From Magnetococcales bacterium (GTDB lineage Bacteria; Pseudomonadota; Magnetococcia; Magnetococcales; JADFWU01), in NCBI GenBank assembly GCA_015234045.1, contig JADFWU010000015.1:1521-65520 (forward strand): DNA of 64,000 nucleotides, given 5' to 3'. Below, in pieces: positions 62,087 to 64,000 of the stretch (positions are counted from its first letter, which is position 1; each line of letters begins with the position of its first letter). Both the position numbers and the translations under genes were made by a program. A model generated the notes under the pieces. The model saw only the letters and a program-made list of their open reading frames with translations, did no database searches and was not told the DNA's origin.

Positions 62087-63940
62087 CTACGCCTCTGGCA
62101 TCTCAGGCATTTTCCTTGTCGTTACCTCAATGCGAAGGCGATCAATAAAGGCACTCAAATCCATAGCGCCTAAATCTTCACCAGCCCGCTGACGTACCGC
62201 AACCTTACCCGCCTCAGCCTCTTTATCCCCAACAACCAACATGTAAGGAATCTTCTGCATCTGAGCATTGCGGATCTTCTTGCCCATGCGGTCACGACCA
62301 TCATCAATCTTGACCCGCACAGTGCCAGTACCCGTAGGAATACCCGCACCAAACAAAGCATCCTGAACCTTGTGTGCATAGTCCATATGACGGTCAGCGA
62401 TTGGAATGATCACGACCTGAATCGGTGCCAACCAAACCGGAAATGCGCCACCAAAATGCTCAATCAAAAACGCAACAAAACGTTCATGAGAACCAAGAGG
62501 CGCACGATGAATAACGTAAACAGGACTATCTACATCATCTTCGTTTTTATAGGTTAGGTTAAACCGATCTGTCGCCAGAAAATCCAACTGATTGGTTGAA
62601 ATCGCATACTGATTGCCAATGGCGCTTTTAATCATAAAGTCCACTTTAGGACCATAAAACGCCGCTTCACCCTCTTCTTCACGGTAGGGATAGCCGGACT
62701 CTTCCATGGCTTGGACAATGACATCCATAGCCGCGCGCCACTTCTCCGGTTCATCGACATATTTGTCCAGTTTGTTCATGTCCGGTTTGGCAAACAGCAT
62801 ATGATAATCTTTGATGTCGAATAGATCGTAATAGCGTGCATGCAGACGCATAACGCGCAAAAACTCATCTTTGGCTTGGTCAAAACGGCAGTAGATATGT
62901 GCATCGTTCTGACAGAAACCACGTGTACGCATCAGGCCAGATAATGAACCGCTGTCTTCATAACGATATACCACACCATATTCAGCCAGACGAACCGGTA
63001 ACTCTTTGTAAGAACGTGGACGATGACCGTAGATCATGTGATGGTGTGGGCAGTTCATGGGCTTGAGGTAATAGTTATCACCATCAATATCCATCGGCGC
63101 ATACATGTCATCCTTGTAGAAAGGAAGATGTCCGGAACGATAGAATAGATCTTCTTTGGTGATGTGCGGAGTAACCACACGCTCATAACCGTCTTTCGCC
63201 TCTTCAAGGCGAGCAAGATGTTCCAATTCGTCACGAATAATAACGCCGTTGGGCAGCCAAAGAGGTAGACCACGACCTACATCGTCATTGAAGGTGAATA
63301 GAGACATCTCTTTGCCAACACGCCGATGATCGCGCAGTTTGGCTTGTTCCATCTCCCAGATGCATTTATCCAACTCATCTTTGGTCTTAAAAGCGAGACC
63401 ATAGATACGCTGTAGCTGTGGATTTTTCTCGTTGCCGCGCCAATACGCACCCGCCAACTTGATCAGTTTAAAGTGGCGAATATAGCCCGCATGATCAAGA
63501 TGTGGACCGCGACAAAGATCAACAAAGTCACCGGTTTTATAGAAAGAGACCGATTCAAGATCGCCTTCAGCCAGATTGTCATCTTCCAACTCTTTGGAAA
63601 TCGCTGTTGTGCCCTGGTCTTTCAAAAGGTTGAGTAATTCAACCTTATAGGGTTGATTGAGCGCTTCCATTTGGGCGATAGCATCATCAATGCCGATTTC
63701 AGAGCGCTCAAAGGTAACCTTGTGCTTTTTCAACGACCGCATCTTCTGCTCGATTCGGTTGAGATCTTCCTCTTTAATGTTGCCAGGAACCTCAATATCG
63801 TAGAAAAAACCGTTGTCTGTAGATGGCCCAACACCAAACCGGGCTTCAGGCCATAGTTTTAGAATGGCCGCAGCCATCAAGTGAGCGGTGGAGTGACGCA
63901 TCATATGGATAAAAGAGTCAGGTTGCTCTTCGTTGCACAT
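62087..63940 (-). CDS. thrS: threonine--tRNA ligase lacking the N-terminal TGS domain
   Basis: HSTAHLMAAAILKLWP (editing/SAD domain) begins at residue ~16. Class II motifs (KPMNCPHHHMIY, RTRGFCQNDAHIYC, GGAFPVWLAP) and the anticodon-binding domain are present. An in-frame TGA lies 5 codons upstream of the ATG. Confidence 0.93.
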   Translation of the reverse strand: MCNEEQPDSFIHMMRHSTAHLMAAAILKLWPEARFGVGPSTDNGFFYDIEVPGNIKEEDLNRIEQKMRSLKKHKVTFERSEIGIDDAIAQMEALNQPYKVELLNLLKDQGTTAISKELEDDNLAEGDLESVSFYKTGDFVDLCRGPHLDHAGYIRHFKLIKLAGAYWRGNEKNPQLQRIYGLAFKTKDELDKCIWEMEQAKLRDHRRVGKEMSLFTFNDDVGRGLPLWLPNGVIIRDELEHLARLEEAKDGYERVVTPHITKEDLFYRSGHLPFYKDDMYAPMDIDGDNYYLKPMNCPHHHMIYGHRPRSYKELPVRLAEYGVVYRYEDSGSLSGLMRTRGFCQNDAHIYCRFDQAKDEFLRVMRLHARYYDLFDIKDYHMLFAKPDMNKLDKYVDEPEKWRAAMDVIVQAMEESGYPYREEEGEAAFYGPKVDFMIKSAIGNQYAISTNQLDFLATDRFNLTYKNEDDVDSPVYVIHRAPLGSHERFVAFLIEHFGGAFPVWLAPIQVVIIPIADRHMDYAHKVQDALFGAGIPTGTGTVRVKIDDGRDRMGKKIRNAQMQKIPYMLVVGDKEAEAGKVAVRQRAGEDLGAMDLSAFIDRLRIEVTTRKMPEMPEA

Positions 63941-64000
63941 TGTTTGCTGACCTCATTCTGCCTGGGGCATATTCAAAAAGTGAACGCTTTTAATCCAAGA

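Noticed and set aside
1-64000. A search for tRNA, rRNA, tmRNA, RNase P RNA and SRP RNA genes and for CRISPR arrays.
   Set aside because: I saw no T-loop/acceptor-like GGTTCGAATCC contexts with tRNA geometry, no rRNA-like conserved blocks and no regularly spaced direct repeats. The absence is by eye only; tRNAscan/Infernal/CRT would be decisive.

Overview
This is a 64-kb chromosomal window from a Gram-negative, proteobacteria-type genome of moderate GC. I cannot assign a taxon from sequence alone; DnaK motifs and gene order look alpha-like or deep-branching proteobacterial. Bases 1-30.25 kb and 51.4-64 kb are ordinary core genome. The first block holds ffh-rpsP-rimM-trmD-rplS-rnhB, hrcA-grpE, dnaK-dnaJ-dapB, pyrF, ppk2 with two tandem CHAD genes, sulP, an MscS-like channel, etfBA, dsbA, osmC, a DHH phosphoesterase, lipA-(Tat FAD oxidoreductase)-lipB-NUDIX-degP/Q and an orphan TRAP DctP. 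The second block holds lon, erpA, a lipoprotein aminopeptidase, an alpha/beta hydrolase, cobC-cobT, argS-SPOR and thrS. Between them, at about 30.27-51.32 kb, lies an accessory-looking segment bracketed by copies of a 161-162-bp MITE-like repeat (R1). It carries a cI/Cro-like switch remnant with a possible DUF2815-type SSB gene, a sulfotransferase-like gene and a 5'-truncated Rpn/DUF4351 gene. Its main item is a ~17-kb, 12-gene cluster (33.56-50.58 kb) in which every product has a Sec signal or lipobox. The recognisable parts are 2x FlgT-N-like, 2x LPP20/FlgP-like, a TPR+CsgG/LpoB/FlgO-like lipoprotein, a DUF799/GNA1162-like+Ig/FN3+beta-helix lipoprotein, a TPR+triple-SLH lipoprotein and a TPR+SpoIID/LytB protein, plus three proteins I could not place in any family. 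The cluster has no ATPase, inner-membrane transporter, regulator, flagellar/pilus structural gene or curlin-like substrate. I interpret it as a candidate undescribed periplasm/outer-membrane ring or scaffold apparatus. A second repeat family (R2, with TTACGCARTTG terminal inverted repeats) sits in three of its intergenic spacers. I recognised no rRNA, tRNA, CRISPR array, integrase or intact transposase. All family assignments are motif recognition by eye and need profile or structure searches.
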